Origin: Podarcis melisellensis
Taxonomy: Eukaryota
NCBI GenBank assembly: GCA_964234715.1
Contig: OZ174282.1
Strand: one strand, 5' to 3'
DNA: 64,000 bases
Part shown: positions 37,344 to 49,028 of the stretch, one piece after another
Layout: the number at the start of each line of letters is the position of its first letter
Numbering within the stretch: position 1 is the stretch's first letter
Made by a program: the position numbers and the translations under genes
The notes under the pieces: model-generated
The model's input: only the letters and a program-made list of their open reading frames with translations
The model's database searches: none
What the model was told of the DNA's origin: nothing

Positions 37344-38597
37344 TAGGGTTAGATAGGAAATGTAGAGGACAGAGGCCTCCTGTGTCTTCAATAGTTGAGC
37401 AGAAGATAAAGTTTCTGCAGGTGTACCTTGTTACCTAGAGCTGATTTGTTCTTCTACATAACTATTAGATGCAGGGGCCCACCCCACCCTGATCCTCTTT
37501 TTTTGCATTTGCCCACCTTATCCATATCCTGATCTTGGCCTTGACATCATAGAATCATGGAGTTGGAAGAGACCCTGAGGATCATCTAGTCCAGGGTTTC
37601 CCGAATTTGAGTCTTGCTGCTTTTTGTTTTCTTAACTTGTGTGTTCTCTGTCGCTGCCTGCTCTGGCCGTGCCCCAACCTGCCAACCGAGAAATCAAAGG
37701 GTGTTCCTGCTCCTTCAGGGTTGGAAGGAATGCTGGTGGAGTAAATAATGCAATCTACCTTGCACCCTAGATAACATGTCTCAACAGGTGCGGGTTGTAA
37801 ATAAAGAAATTTCCAGGCATTGCACCAAATAGCTGCAGTTCATAGCTGCTGCTTCTTCTTCCTCATCATCATCATCATCATTCCTCCTAGGAGTTAAAGG
37901 TAGCATACTTTGTTTTATCTATAGAGCCCTTAAGAATTCAACCTCTGCTAACCCTGGTGCCCGCTTTCCCAAACTCACCTGCCTGTGGGCATGGAAAGGT
38001 GGATCAGCCTGATTAAAATCTGTGCTATGATATGTGTGAAAATCCAATTGTGGCTATTCTTGGAGAACAATTTTCAATGGCGCATTTCAGGAACAGCGAT
38101 GAGTGAGATTTGTGAATTAGGCGCAAAAGCTGCTCCTACATTTCTTGCATCCATTATTTCCTCCTTTGCATGCCTTCATTCATATTAAATAATCAGGGTC
38201 TGTAGTTTCTAGGTGTAGCAACTAGAGCATCGGACCATGGAGACCAGGGTTCAAATTGCCCACTCAGCTGTTAAGAAGAGCCTGGCTGCTTGATCAAGCC
38301 AGTGACCAATCAAGCCCAGCATCTTGTCCCCACATAGGCTGCCCAGATGCCGCCCAGGGAAGGCTACAAGCAGAACTGAAGCTCGGCTGCTCTCTTTTTA
38401 CTTGATGCACAGCAGCTGCCATTCAGAGACATTCTGCCTCCAGCAGTGGAGGCAGGACACAGCCATTGTGCCTAGTAGTCATGAATTTCCCTGGTTATCT
38501 TGTGCCAGTCAACATCTCTCAGCCAAACCTACCTCACAGGGTTGTTGTGAGGATAAAGTGGGGGCAGGGAGAACCATGCACTGCATCTTGATCTCCT

Positions 38598-38942
38598 TAA
38601 AGGTAAAGGGACCCCTGACCATTAGCTCCAGTCGTGGCCGACTCTGGGGTCGCGGCGCTCATCTTGCTTTACTGGCCAAGGGAGCCGGCGTACAGCTTCC
38701 AGGTCATGTGGCCAGCATGACTAGCCACTTCTGGCGAACCAGAGCAGCGCACAGAAACACCATTTACCTTCCTGCTGGAGTGGTACCTATTTATCTACTT
38801 TGATGTGCTTTCGAACTGCTAGGTTGGCAGGAGCAGGGACCGGGCAACGGGAGCTCACCCCGTCGTGGGGATTCGAACAGCTGACCTTCTGATCGGCAAG
38901 TCCTAGGCCCTGTGGTTTAATCCACAGCGCCACCCGCGTCCC
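38598..38942 (-). mobile_element. Sauria SINE inserted in an older MIR/Squam3A-like SINE
   Basis: Full-length family match; the left flank ACCTACCTCACAGGGTTGTTGTGAGGATAAA is a CORE-SINE motif that resumes at CCTTGGAGG. Confidence 0.9.
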
Positions 38943-39909
38943 CTTGGAGGGATATAAATAGTGTTGTTGTAGCATGCCTGTACATTTCTAGAATCCTTCC
39001 AAAAGAAGAAGGAACAAAGGGGGAAACTTACTGCATCCTAGCCAGCATGAAAACAATGATGTCCTGGGATCCTCAAATATCTTTAAACTAGGAGTTGCAT
39101 GCAAGGTATCTGGAAGAGGAGCTCCCCGCCCTTTTACAGGGAGAGTTGAATTAAGAATACCTTTTTGTGCCCCAACCCGCTATAGAAAACTGGAAGAGAA
39201 TACTACTTGGAAATCAGTTTGAAAACTAATCCAACAGGTTGGGCAGCCTTCTTTCTCCCCTAGTCTTTGCAAGCTGAAAGAGTTCTGCGGCCTCTATGTT
39301 TATCTTTTTAAAAAACAGCCTTGTTATGAAATTGACCGCTTCGATGGGAATGAATAAGCAACAAGGTGCCTATGAAATCATTCAGGTTTAATATTATGCT
39401 TTGCTAATATTTATGGGGCACTATGCACAGGTGATTTTATGACCTATTAACCAGCCAAATGATGGTGCTGTTTAAAAAAGAAAAACACCCCATAAAGGTA
39501 CATATTTCCACTTATTGAAAGAATGTCACTCAGTGGCAGCTTTTGTGGAAATGTTGTTCCTAGAAATTAATTTAAGAAGAAAGCAAGAATTTATGCGGGT
39601 TCCCCTCTTGGTGATATGGGATGGGCCAAATGGAAGATGGCTTGGAAAGAATTAAGTATATTTATTTATAGAAACATACAACTGTAGACTTGGAAGTGAC
39701 CCCAAGGGTCATCTAGTTCAGTCTCCTGCAATGCAGAAATCTCAACTAGATTGTACGTGACAGATGGCCTTCTTATCATTGTCACAAGAAAAGGAAACAT
39801 TTAGACAAATTAAATAAGGATTTCTGGCATAGTTAAGTCTGGAGCGTAGCTATTGTTGAAAAATTAACTCACACATGATGTTAGATTACAGAACAAACAA
39901 ACAAAAATA

Positions 39910-40147
39910 CAGTGGTACCTCGGGTTAAGTACTTAATTCATTCCGGAGGTCCGTTCTTAACCTGAAACTGTTCTTAACCTGAAGCACCACTTTATCTAAT
40001 GGGGACTCCTGCTTCCACAGCACCACCGGAGCACGATTTCTGTTCTCATCCTGAAGCAAAGCTCTTAACCTGAAGCACTGTTTCTGGGTGGAGTCTGTAA
40101 CCTGAAGCGTATGTAGCCTGAAGTGTATGTAACCCGAGGTACCACTG
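39910..40147. mobile_element. Tigger-like MITE, family A
   Basis: TA|CAGTGGTACCTCGGGTTA...TAACCCGAGGTACCACTG|TA, perfect TIRs. Confidence 0.9.
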
Positions 40148-40259
40148 TATTCATTTTCAACTGCAGGGCAAAAAATTGCCGCCTGTGGAATAATGTTACT
40201 ATTGGAATGCTTAGTAACTTTAGCTCCAACTGAGAATATCATAAGACAATATCCTGGTA

Positions 40260-40510
40260 CAGTCAAACCTCAGTTTTTGATCATCTCCGTTGCTGAACAT
40301 TTCGGCTCCCGATTGTTGAAAACCCAGAAGTAAGAGATCCAGTTTCCGAACGTTTTTTGGAAGCCAAACATCTGATGCGGCAGACAAGTGGCTTCCGATT
40401 GGCTCTTCTGGTTGCAAGAGCCAATCAGAAGCCACGCCTCGGAAATGGAACATTTTGGAAGTTGAACATCCTTCTGGAACGGATAACGTTCGACATCCGA
40501 GGTACCACTG
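40260..40510. mobile_element. Tigger-like MITE, family B
   Basis: TA|CAGTCAAACCTC...GAGGTACCACTG|TA. Confidence 0.85.
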
Positions 40511-40758
40511 TATTTTAAAACAATTTTTTTTCATTTAAGTGTTACTACCTACTCCAAAAAGAGTAAGAAATATATTTTCCTCAGGGATTCTGAATGAAAC
40601 CACCCAAATGGTCTCCACATGTTTATTATGTCATGGCTTTGGCAGATTCAGATCCCTAGAGACTCACATATTTTGTTTGCTTCCTGTGCTGGAAAACTGC
40701 AACCCTGATCCTCTCTCTTCCTTTCTCCAGGCCCCACAAATCTGCAGACGCCGGCGCC

Positions 40759-41322
40759 ATGTCTCAGCGCCATTCGACCGGCTCCTTGGGAGACAAGGCC
40801 GTACTGCTGGAGCACCAGGTCAGCTCGGATTTGCGCCTTAGCGCCAACAATGTGTCCCCACACAGCAAGCGCAGCTCTCTGGGCCCGCTGGACAGCTCTG
40901 TGTTCTTGGCCGAGCGCTCCCCATCGCCCACTGGGCCTCGCCGGATCGTCCTCAGCACCCAAAGCCCAGTCGCCCTCAAGGTGGGCACCCAACAGCTCAT
41001 CCCCAAGGGCCTGGCGGAGGGCCCCAAGCCCAAGGTCCCCTCTCGGCACCAGAGCTTCTCGGCGGCCATCTTGAGCAAGGAAGCTGCCCGAATGGACCCC
41101 AAGCGCATGTCGGCCCCCAGCATTTCATTCGACGACCTGGAGGAAGCGGAGCTGGATGGAGGGACACTCAAGCGCAACCTCCGCAGCATGTCTTACCGGG
41201 CTGCCATGAAGGGCCTGGGGAACGGGGAGCCCGCAGAGCCCTCCAAGTTCATTGGGGGCGGCCTGAAGCCACTGTGTGAAGAAAGCAATGGCCAAGGAGC
41301 CCGGAGCCCTGGAAGGCAGAAG
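40759..41322 (+). CDS. ARHGEF16: ARHGEF16 (Ephexin-4) first coding exon; exon begins 40731
   Basis: ctttctccag|40731; GGCGCCATG Kozak; MSQRHSTGSL...IVLSTQSPVALKVGTQQLIPK...RHQSF...LKRNLRSMSYRAAMKGL...RSPGRQK|gtaggg. Confidence 0.96.
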
Positions 41323-41346
41323 GTAGGGCCTTTGTACTGCCACCGG

Positions 41347-41386
41347 CCCTCTAGAATAGCCTAGAATTATAGGCTATTCTAGAGGG
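41347..41386. repeat. Perfect 17-bp inverted repeat with 6-nt spacer
   Basis: CCCTCTAGAATAGCCTA gaatta TAGGCTATTCTAGAGGG. Confidence 0.97.
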
Positions 41387-41532
41387 TACAGTGGTATATA
41401 ATCCACTGTTGTTGTTATTTATTGCATGTCTATTCCGCCTTTTTTCTCTATGGATGGATCTCAAGGTGGCCCACTCTTTATGCGTAATAATTTTTTATTA
41501 GTTTTCAGTTACAATGATCCAATAAAAGCCTC

Positions 41533-41650
41533 ATTGTCACAATACCAAATTATAATAGAACCAACAATGCCAATTGTTCATATGCCAAACTATTGTCACA
41601 ATACCACATTATAATACAACCAATAATGCCAATTGTTCATATGCCAAACT
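41533..41650. repeat. Tandem duplication, 2 x 59 bp
   Basis: ATTGTCACAATACCA.ATTATAATA.AACCAA.AATGCCAATTGTTCATATGCCAAACT twice, 3 mismatches. Confidence 0.95.
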
Positions 41651-43751
41651 ATGTTAGAATTGATGGCTTGATAATTTACTTTAACTCTGCATCCCAAAAA
41701 CTTACAAATCCCAATTACACACCAGTCAGAATAACAAACCCTTATACCGCCGCTGCAATTTTAACGACTTCCATTCGCATTAACACATCAAATAATTTAC
41801 AGTCTTACAGGTGAAGCATTCAGACTCTCTCTTTGTTGTTCTTTGTGTGTGGCTATTATTCTGTCCATGGTGTTTCTTCCTGTCCTTGTACTGTATTTTG
41901 TCGGTTGTTGCTGTTCTCCACCATACCTTAGGCAGAGCTAGTATGACATTGCTGTTTCATAAGTTCTCCATTGCACCGTTCCACCGTGGCCTGCTCTTTT
42001 AATCTCCACCACAACCCTGTGAGGTGAGTTAGGCCAAGAGGCAGCGACTGGCCCAAGGTCACCCAGTGAGCTTCATGGCTGAGGGGGTCAGGATTTGAAC
42101 CCTGGTCTCTCCCTGTCTGATACTCTAATCACTCCACCCTGCTGGCTCTCATTTAGCAGGGAAGCCAGCAATGTGTCTTCAGTTGTTGTTGCACTCTTAA
42201 TTTCCATCAGTCCCTAGCCAGCATGGCCCATGGTCAGGGTGGCAGAAGTTGTAGCCTGCTGATGCTTCCTTCCTGGGCATGGCTACCCCTGTTTTAATGG
42301 GGTTACAAGCATTTCAGCAGCTGATTTGTCCCAGTCCGAAACTGGAGTAGAGTTGGGTGGATTCCTTCCATTCACCCAGAAGATGCTTGAGACTTCAGGG
42401 GTGTTTCAGGTGGACATGCCAAAAGCCCCATAGTGCCTTCCACCCTACCTCAGGGAAGGAACAAGCTGACAGTGCCACCTTCCCCAACCTGGTGCCCTCC
42501 AGATGTTGAGGGACTCCAAACCATGGCTTGCCGGTGCAATTGGTCACTCAGACCACAGTTTGGATTCTGAAGCCCGAGAAGTACTCAGGATTCGCTGAAA
42601 TCCCTGCATTGCAGGCGGTTGGAAGATAAGACCCTTAGGGGTTCCAACTCTAGGAACCCATGCAATGAAATTGTATTGTGAGCTGCTGAAGCAATGGTGT
42701 GTTTGTTTCCAAAGTGTTAAAGCTTTCATCCTCGTCCCAAATGCTTTTATTCTGGATTGGACAAATGTATACAGAGCTCCAGTTTGGCTGCAGCTGGCCC
42801 GAATTACTGCCCTGATTAGCTGAGGCCTGGCCAGCGGAGGGTCAGAGCTCAAACTTGGATTTTAAAACAAAACAAGTTAACTCTGTCCACTCCAGAAGTG
42901 AGCAAAGCAGCCTGCCATCTGGAAGCAGGATATGGTGCTGCCTTTGATAGATCCTTGGGAACTGGGGAGTTAATCACGCTCTCTATTTGAAGATGACTTT
43001 GGGGTTTCTATCAACTTTTCCAGGGAGATTTGGACTGAATTGGAAAGGGGAGGGTGAAGGGGCGGACGTTTTCAGCACAAGAGTCCATGTAACTGGGCTT
43101 TTCTCTCCTGGAAACTTGGAAGGAGAGGGGAACCTTGCCATGGATATATGGCAGAGTTCATGCACTCCACTTATATTTTTGAATACACTCCGCTTACATT
43201 TTTGAAGGACCACAAGGTGCAGATGTGGCTTGACTCAGAAAATGGATGCAAGGGTGGCCAATTTGTGATTTTTCCACCGATGGAAAGTGCTGACTTCAGT
43301 GCAATTCACGGTTTTGGTTATGACCCTGTATGCACCTACCTCCTTATATGAGCCTGCCCGGGTTTTGAAATCTTCCGGGGAGGCATGAGACAAGGACTTC
43401 TTGGTGGCTGCTCCCAGATAGTGAAACTCCCGTCTACAGGGGTCTAGTCAAGTCTCCTCTCTGCTTTCCTTTCAGTAGAAAGCAAACACTTTCTTTGTTC
43501 AGACAGGTCTTTGGCCAGTAACTGACTGTTGTGGCAGGGTCTTCTGAAGGGACGGTTGTACGTTTTGGTTGGGGTTTTTTTAATATATGCATGCTGTGCT
43601 TTTAAATGGTTTCCAGTGCTGGCTGTTGTTTAAATAGGGTCACTTATTTAAATGTTAATTCCTATTTAAATGTGCATTTTTAGCTGAATCTGTTTTGATG
43701 TGTGCGGCGAATCACTTTGGGTCCTGCACTTGGGGAAAGGGTATATAAATA

Positions 43752-43972
43752 CAGTCATACCTCACGTTAGATATGCTTCAGGTTGAGCATTTTCAAGTTA
43801 CACTCCGTGGCGACCCGGAAGTAACAGAGCGCGTTACTTCTGGGTTTCGCTGCTTGAGCATATGCAGATGCGGCAAAACGCGACCCGCAGACGCACAGTT
43901 GCATCTTACATTTTACTCAGGCTGCGAACCCGGCTCCGGAACGGATCCTATTCGCATCCAGAGGTACCACTG
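43752..43972. mobile_element. Tigger-like MITE, family C
   Basis: TA|CAGTCATACCTC...GAGGTACCACTG|TA. Confidence 0.85.
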
Positions 43973-45965
43973 TACTTGAAACAAACAAACAGATGTAGGA
44001 GGAGCTTTTAAGAGCCAGGAGTCCCAACGAACTCTGGAGGGCATCATGTTAGCAACCCTTGCTCTATGTTTGGTAAACTGGGACCCCGAGTACGGCATAC
44101 CCTCCAACCATCTCTCTTTGCCTGGGATATTCCCAGAATTACAGAAGTCATCCTGGCTTCTGAAATGATCCTGGAATGTCCTGAGGATGAGCTGGTGCTT
44201 GCAATGGTGTCATGCTCACATGCAAGTCAGCAACACCAAAAGATGCTTATACACTGCCTGGCCCTTTCTGCTCCCTTGAGATTTACCTCTTGCACCCAGC
44301 CAGGAGTGTCCATGATGTGGAAGAGGTGGTGGCAATCCATCTGAGGGTGCAAAATAGGGCTTGGAAGGTGAGTCCTGAGCTTCTGTGCTTTTATGTTTGT
44401 ACATATTTTATGGGCTAATAGCTGTAAATAAATATAAGTAAGTAAGATCAGAGAGAGGGGGGGCGGGAGCTTGGAGGACCACTTTCACCCCCTGGGCCTG
44501 ATGTTCATCACCTCTGGTCTAGGTAGGTAGGTAGGTGCTGCAGCTGCAGTTCTGTCTCTCACCACAAGAGGCAGCAGCAAGAAGGCCAAGGTTTGAGTCC
44601 CGACAGCTCTTGACCTGAGGGTTGTTCATCGGTTACGTGTTGCAACGAGACCCAAGGTGGGTGGGAGTCTAGTATGGGGAAGTGCTGCAGTGATAATGTT
44701 AGGGCTGCTGGGGGCAAAGGTCCCTGGAAAACTAAACAAAAGCTTGAGTCACTTTGGAACTTGGATTCCCCCACCCCCATCCCACACGTTGAGAAAGTGA
44801 AACTGAAATAAGGCAAAGAAGATCACACGCCAAAGTTGCAAGGTGTGTGTGAAAGACACACATTGACCAAGAGGTTATGGCCCTGTGGGAAAGGCCTTGG
44901 TTGTGTCGCTTCCTCTTAAGGCTTTAGAAGCAATGCAAGGGATCCTTTCTTGCATACTGTGCCACATTTCTCTGATGAAAATAGGGGCATCTTATTCCAT
45001 TGCTGCTGCTGCTGTTGTTCTATTTATGCCCTGCTCAATATGGCAGAGCATGTTTCTTGCATGCAGAACACCCCAAATTCAGTCCCCAGCATCTCTAGGA
45101 AGGGCTGGGAAAGGCTCCCTTTCTGAAATACTGGACAGCTGCTGTCAGGCAGTGGTCTGACTCTGCCTACAGCAGCTTCCTATGTTCCACCTCTATTAGG
45201 CTGCAAGCCTAGGCTAGAAACTCCTTAATGCTGAACCCAAACCTTTGTGATGTTAATTGTCACAGGCCCCTTTCCACTCTGGACTCTGCACCTTCTTCTT
45301 GCATTGTAAAACACCGCCCAGTATTTATCCAGAGAAACGCCTCGTTTTCTGGGTGGTTGTTTTTGTTTTCAAACTGGGGCTGCAAATTTGACCGCGGACG
45401 TAACTGCCGTTGCAACATAACTCTCTGGCTGGCAATTGTTTCCCTCGGCTCAAATCCGGATGATCCTCTTAGGACGTTGTTTGTACATAGGTCTGAGCCA
45501 GCCGTGGGGTGGAGAAACACGTGGGGGTAATTCAGCAGCAGCTGAATCTACGAAGGAGCTTGGCTCTCAGTTGCTTGTTCAGACTTCTGGGAGTCCTGAA
45601 CAAGCAAGAGTTGTTCAAACAAACGGAGCAAGATCACAGAACTGTAGAGTTGGGACCAAGGGTCATCTAGTCCAACCCCCTGCAATGCAGGAATCTCAAC
45701 GAGATCATACGTGGCTGGTGGACTTCCAACCTCTGCTCAATAACCTTGAATGATGATTGGCAAGGTTCAATCATTGCTAATGTCTAGTATTTCATAGTGC
45801 TTCAGGGCAGATTTTTTTTTCAGATTGAGGGCCGCATTCCCTCCCAGGTAGCCTTCTGGGGGCCGTATGGAAATGGTGGGTGGGGTGAGAGTAGACTTTA
45901 CATTTGTGCTGTGGAGCGCTCTCCCCAGAGAGTCTCATCTGGCACCATCATTGCATGTCTTTAGG

Positions 45966-46344
45966 TAAAGGTAAAGGTACCCCTGCCCGTACGGGCCAGT
46001 CTTGACAGACTCTGGGGTTGTGCGCCCATCTCACTTAAGAGGCCAGGGGCCAGCGCTGTCCGGAGACACTTCCGGGTCACGTGGCCAGCGTGACATCGCT
46101 GCTCTGGCGAGCCAGAGCCGCACACGGAAACGCTGTTTACCTTCCCGCTGGTAAGCGGTCCCTATTTATCTACTTGCACCTGGAGGTGCTTTCGAACTGC
46201 TAGGTTGGCAGGCGCTGGGACCGAGCAGCGGGAGCGCACCCCGCCGCAGGGATTCGAACCGCCGACCTTTCGATCGGCAAGTCCTAGGCGCTGAGGCTTT
46301 AACCCACAGCGCCACCTGCGTCCTGCCACAGCGCCACCTGCCAC
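45966..46344 (-). mobile_element. Sauria SINE, third subfamily, with duplicated 5' end
   Basis: 15-bp TSD TTGCATGTCTTTAGG at 45951-45965 and 46345-46359; CpG-rich (young). Confidence 0.93.
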
Positions 46345-46426
46345 TTGCATGTCTTTAGGCACCAGGCAAAAACATTCCTCTTTACCCTGGGATCTTTTGA
46401 TAAAGGGTGGTATATAAATTGAATGA

Positions 46427-46771
46427 GGGACGCGGGTGGCGCTGTGGGTTAAACCACAGAGAATAGGACTTGCCGATCAGAAGGTCGTGGTTCGAATCCC
46501 CGCAACGGGGTGAGCTCCCGCTGCTCGGTCCCTGCTCCTGCCAACCTAGCAGTTCGAAAGCATGTCAAAGTGCAAGTAGATAAATAGGTACCACTCCGGC
46601 GGGAAGGTAAACAGCGTTTTCGTGCGCTGCTCTGGTTCGCCAGAAATGGCTTAGTCATGGTGGCCACATGAACCGGAAGCTGTACACCGGCTCCCTTGGC
46701 CAATAAAGCGAGATGAGTGCTGCAACCCCAGTCGGTCACGACTGGACCTAATGGTAGGGGTCCCTTTATCT
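46427..46771 (+). mobile_element. Sauria SINE running into assembly gap
   Basis: GGGACGCGGGTGGCGCTGTGG head; tail GGGGTCCCTTTATCT abuts the Ns. Confidence 0.92.
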
Positions 46772-46925
46772 NNNNNNNNNNNNNNNNNNNNNNNNNNNNN
46801 NNNNNNNNNNNNNNNNNNNNNNNNNNNNNNNNNNNNNNNNNNNNNNNNNNNNNNNNNNNNNNNNNNNNNNNNNNNNNNNNNNNNNNNNNNNNNNNNNNNN
46901 NNNNNNNNNNNNNNNNNNNNNNNNN
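46772..46925. other. Assembly gap (154 N)
   Basis: Run of N. Confidence 1.
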
Positions 46926-47144
46926 GGAACAAAACTAGAATTAGTTGGCTCCACATGTCATTGGCTCTGGGCCTGCCTGTTATTGGCTCTAGCGCCACCT
47001 GCTGTTAGTCTCCCTGCCTTCCAGCCCACCAGTACAAATGGGCACCAGCCACCACTGTCTGCAATATGATTTTTTAAGAAATGGAATGTCTGTGTAGCTG
47101 CTTATGATTGCCCCCCACCCTCATTTTCTCTCTCTGTTTGACAG

Positions 47145-47196
47145 AGAACCTTTGGTCGGAAGCGTATGAATCGGCATGGAGGTTCCTTCAAAGATG
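47145..47196 (+). CDS. ARHGEF16: ARHGEF16 coding exon 2
   Basis: tgacag|AGA...GATG|gtgagt; RTFGRKRMNRHGGSFKD(D); 52 nt, phase 0-1. Confidence 0.92.
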
Positions 47197-47443
47197 GTGA
47201 GTAGATGGACCAGGATATTCCAGGGCAACCCTAGTCAGACTTTGGATTGATCCTGGGAATCTTCCCTTTGCATCCATTCCACAACAGGACGTCGTAAAAT
47301 AAGACTTGGTTCCTATGGGAGCAGTTTCACACAGGCAGTCAACCCCAAGGTGCCCAAATTTTTGGCAACAGGAAGTAGCAACCTGGCTACTCTTACATCA
47401 GTTCAGCTAGGGATCCTCAGCGCTGTGTCTTGCGCTTGCCCCC

Positions 47444-47535
47444 TACTCAGAGTAAACTCATTGAAATGAATGGACTGCTGAAATGAATTGCTAACTTGGG
47501 TCCATTAAATTCAACAGGTCTACCCTGAGTAAAAC
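47444..47535. repeat. ~100-bp palindromic interspersed repeat; representative of copies at ~770-850, 5370-5450, 15850-15945, 17500-17575, 35795-35895, 53760-53855, 61340-61430
   Basis: ACTCAGAGTAAACTCATTGAAATGAATGGAC...GTCCATTAAATTCAACAGGTCTACCCTGAGTA inverted arms. Confidence 0.7.
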
Positions 47536-48381
47536 TTAGTTGTCTGCGACTCCCTTGCTTGTTTTCTGCTGCTAAGGACTCACGATGCCTTGGAATATGT
47601 GAGTTCTTGATGGGAATTACAAGTGGAAGCTGCAACAAAATGTTGCAGTGTGGAGTGATTGTGTTAAGGGTGCCAGGCAGTTGAACCCTCTTCCAGGATA
47701 CTCCATTCCATCTCCCCTTTCAGTCAGGCAGCATTCTGGGGTCCATTCTCAAGTGTCGTTTGGGCTATTTTTGCTCTTTCTCGCTCTCTTTCTCTCATAC
47801 ACACACCTTTAGCTTCTTAACATGGGTAGCTGCATTTTCCTGATTCAGACCCCTGTTCCATCCAGCTCAGGATTAGTTACATTGACTGGCAGCAGCTCTT
47901 TGGGGTTTTATGCAAGGAACATCTCCAGACCTACCCAGAGATGCTGGGGATGGTACCTGGGACCTTCTGCCTGCATAGCTGAGACTTGGATTCTCCTTGA
48001 AAGTTTTCTTCCCCCTAAAATATATTGTTTAATATACTTGAACAAACCTTGTTTTCTCCAAATCCTTCTGATGCTTGCTTCATAAAAGATATCAATGCGG
48101 AAGAACGTGTTCACTATTACTGCATAGCAGGGGCAGCCAGTGTACTGTGAAACCCACAGATGTTTTGGGACCATCAGCCCCAAATGGTCAGAGATGGTGG
48201 GAGATGTTGTTGAGGAACGTCTAGAGGGTCCCACATCATCCCCTCCTGGTATATAAGATTCCTATTGGTAATGTGCTTCCATAGCGTTAGCACATAGGTT
48301 GGGAAAATGTGTGTCTCTGGGGAGCAAAGAGTTACCTGAGGTTTCTCAGCATCGCTGATCCGCCCCACTTCTCTATCCCAG

Positions 48382-48557
48382 ATCCCCGCCTGTATCAAGA
48401 GATTCGCGAGAAAGGTCTCAACTCCATCAGCCACGAGTCAGATGACGACCTCCTAGAGGTGGAAACCATCCCTGAGGAACCCCCTGCCACAGATTCCTCC
48501 ACCATTGTGGTGAAGAACTACCGGCCTGCTCACATGACCTGGAGCCAGCTGCCAGAG
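48382..48557 (+). CDS. ARHGEF16: ARHGEF16 coding exon 3 (autoinhibitory LYQE helix)
   Basis: cccag|AT...GAG|gtagga; [58 protein letters not shown]. Confidence 0.96.
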
Positions 48558-49028
48558 GTAGGAATGGGAGATCGCTAGAGGGTGAGGGATCCCGTCTTTT
48601 AGAAGAGCAGCTGGGAACCTCCTTGAATCAGGCCCAGTAGGCCTTCCCAGTTGCTCCATTTTGGCCAGAACATGCCCACCTGCCCTGCACATGATGCCAC
48701 GTATGATGATGACAGCTGTGGAGCAGGTAAAGGCACAGCAAGGATGAAATGCACTAGCTGGTCATTGACGATTTTGTACATGGGCACATGATATACCAGT
48801 GACATCAGGTGATGGAAAGGCCGCTGGCCCCACCCATCTGTGGTCTATGGTACACAAGAGGGGTCCTTCTGTTTTTGAAGGACAGTCATTTTCTTCCATT
48901 TCATTTTGGGTACCTATGGGGCTACCTTATAGAAATACTTTTTGCGCCACTGGTCGGTGAAGCTCGGGGCTCATTTGCATTTATTAGCCTCCAACTTTCC
49001 TAGCTTCCGCAGAGCTGTTTTGCAACAT

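Noticed and set aside
46651-47008. ORFs containing X runs
   Set aside because: Artefacts of the N gap
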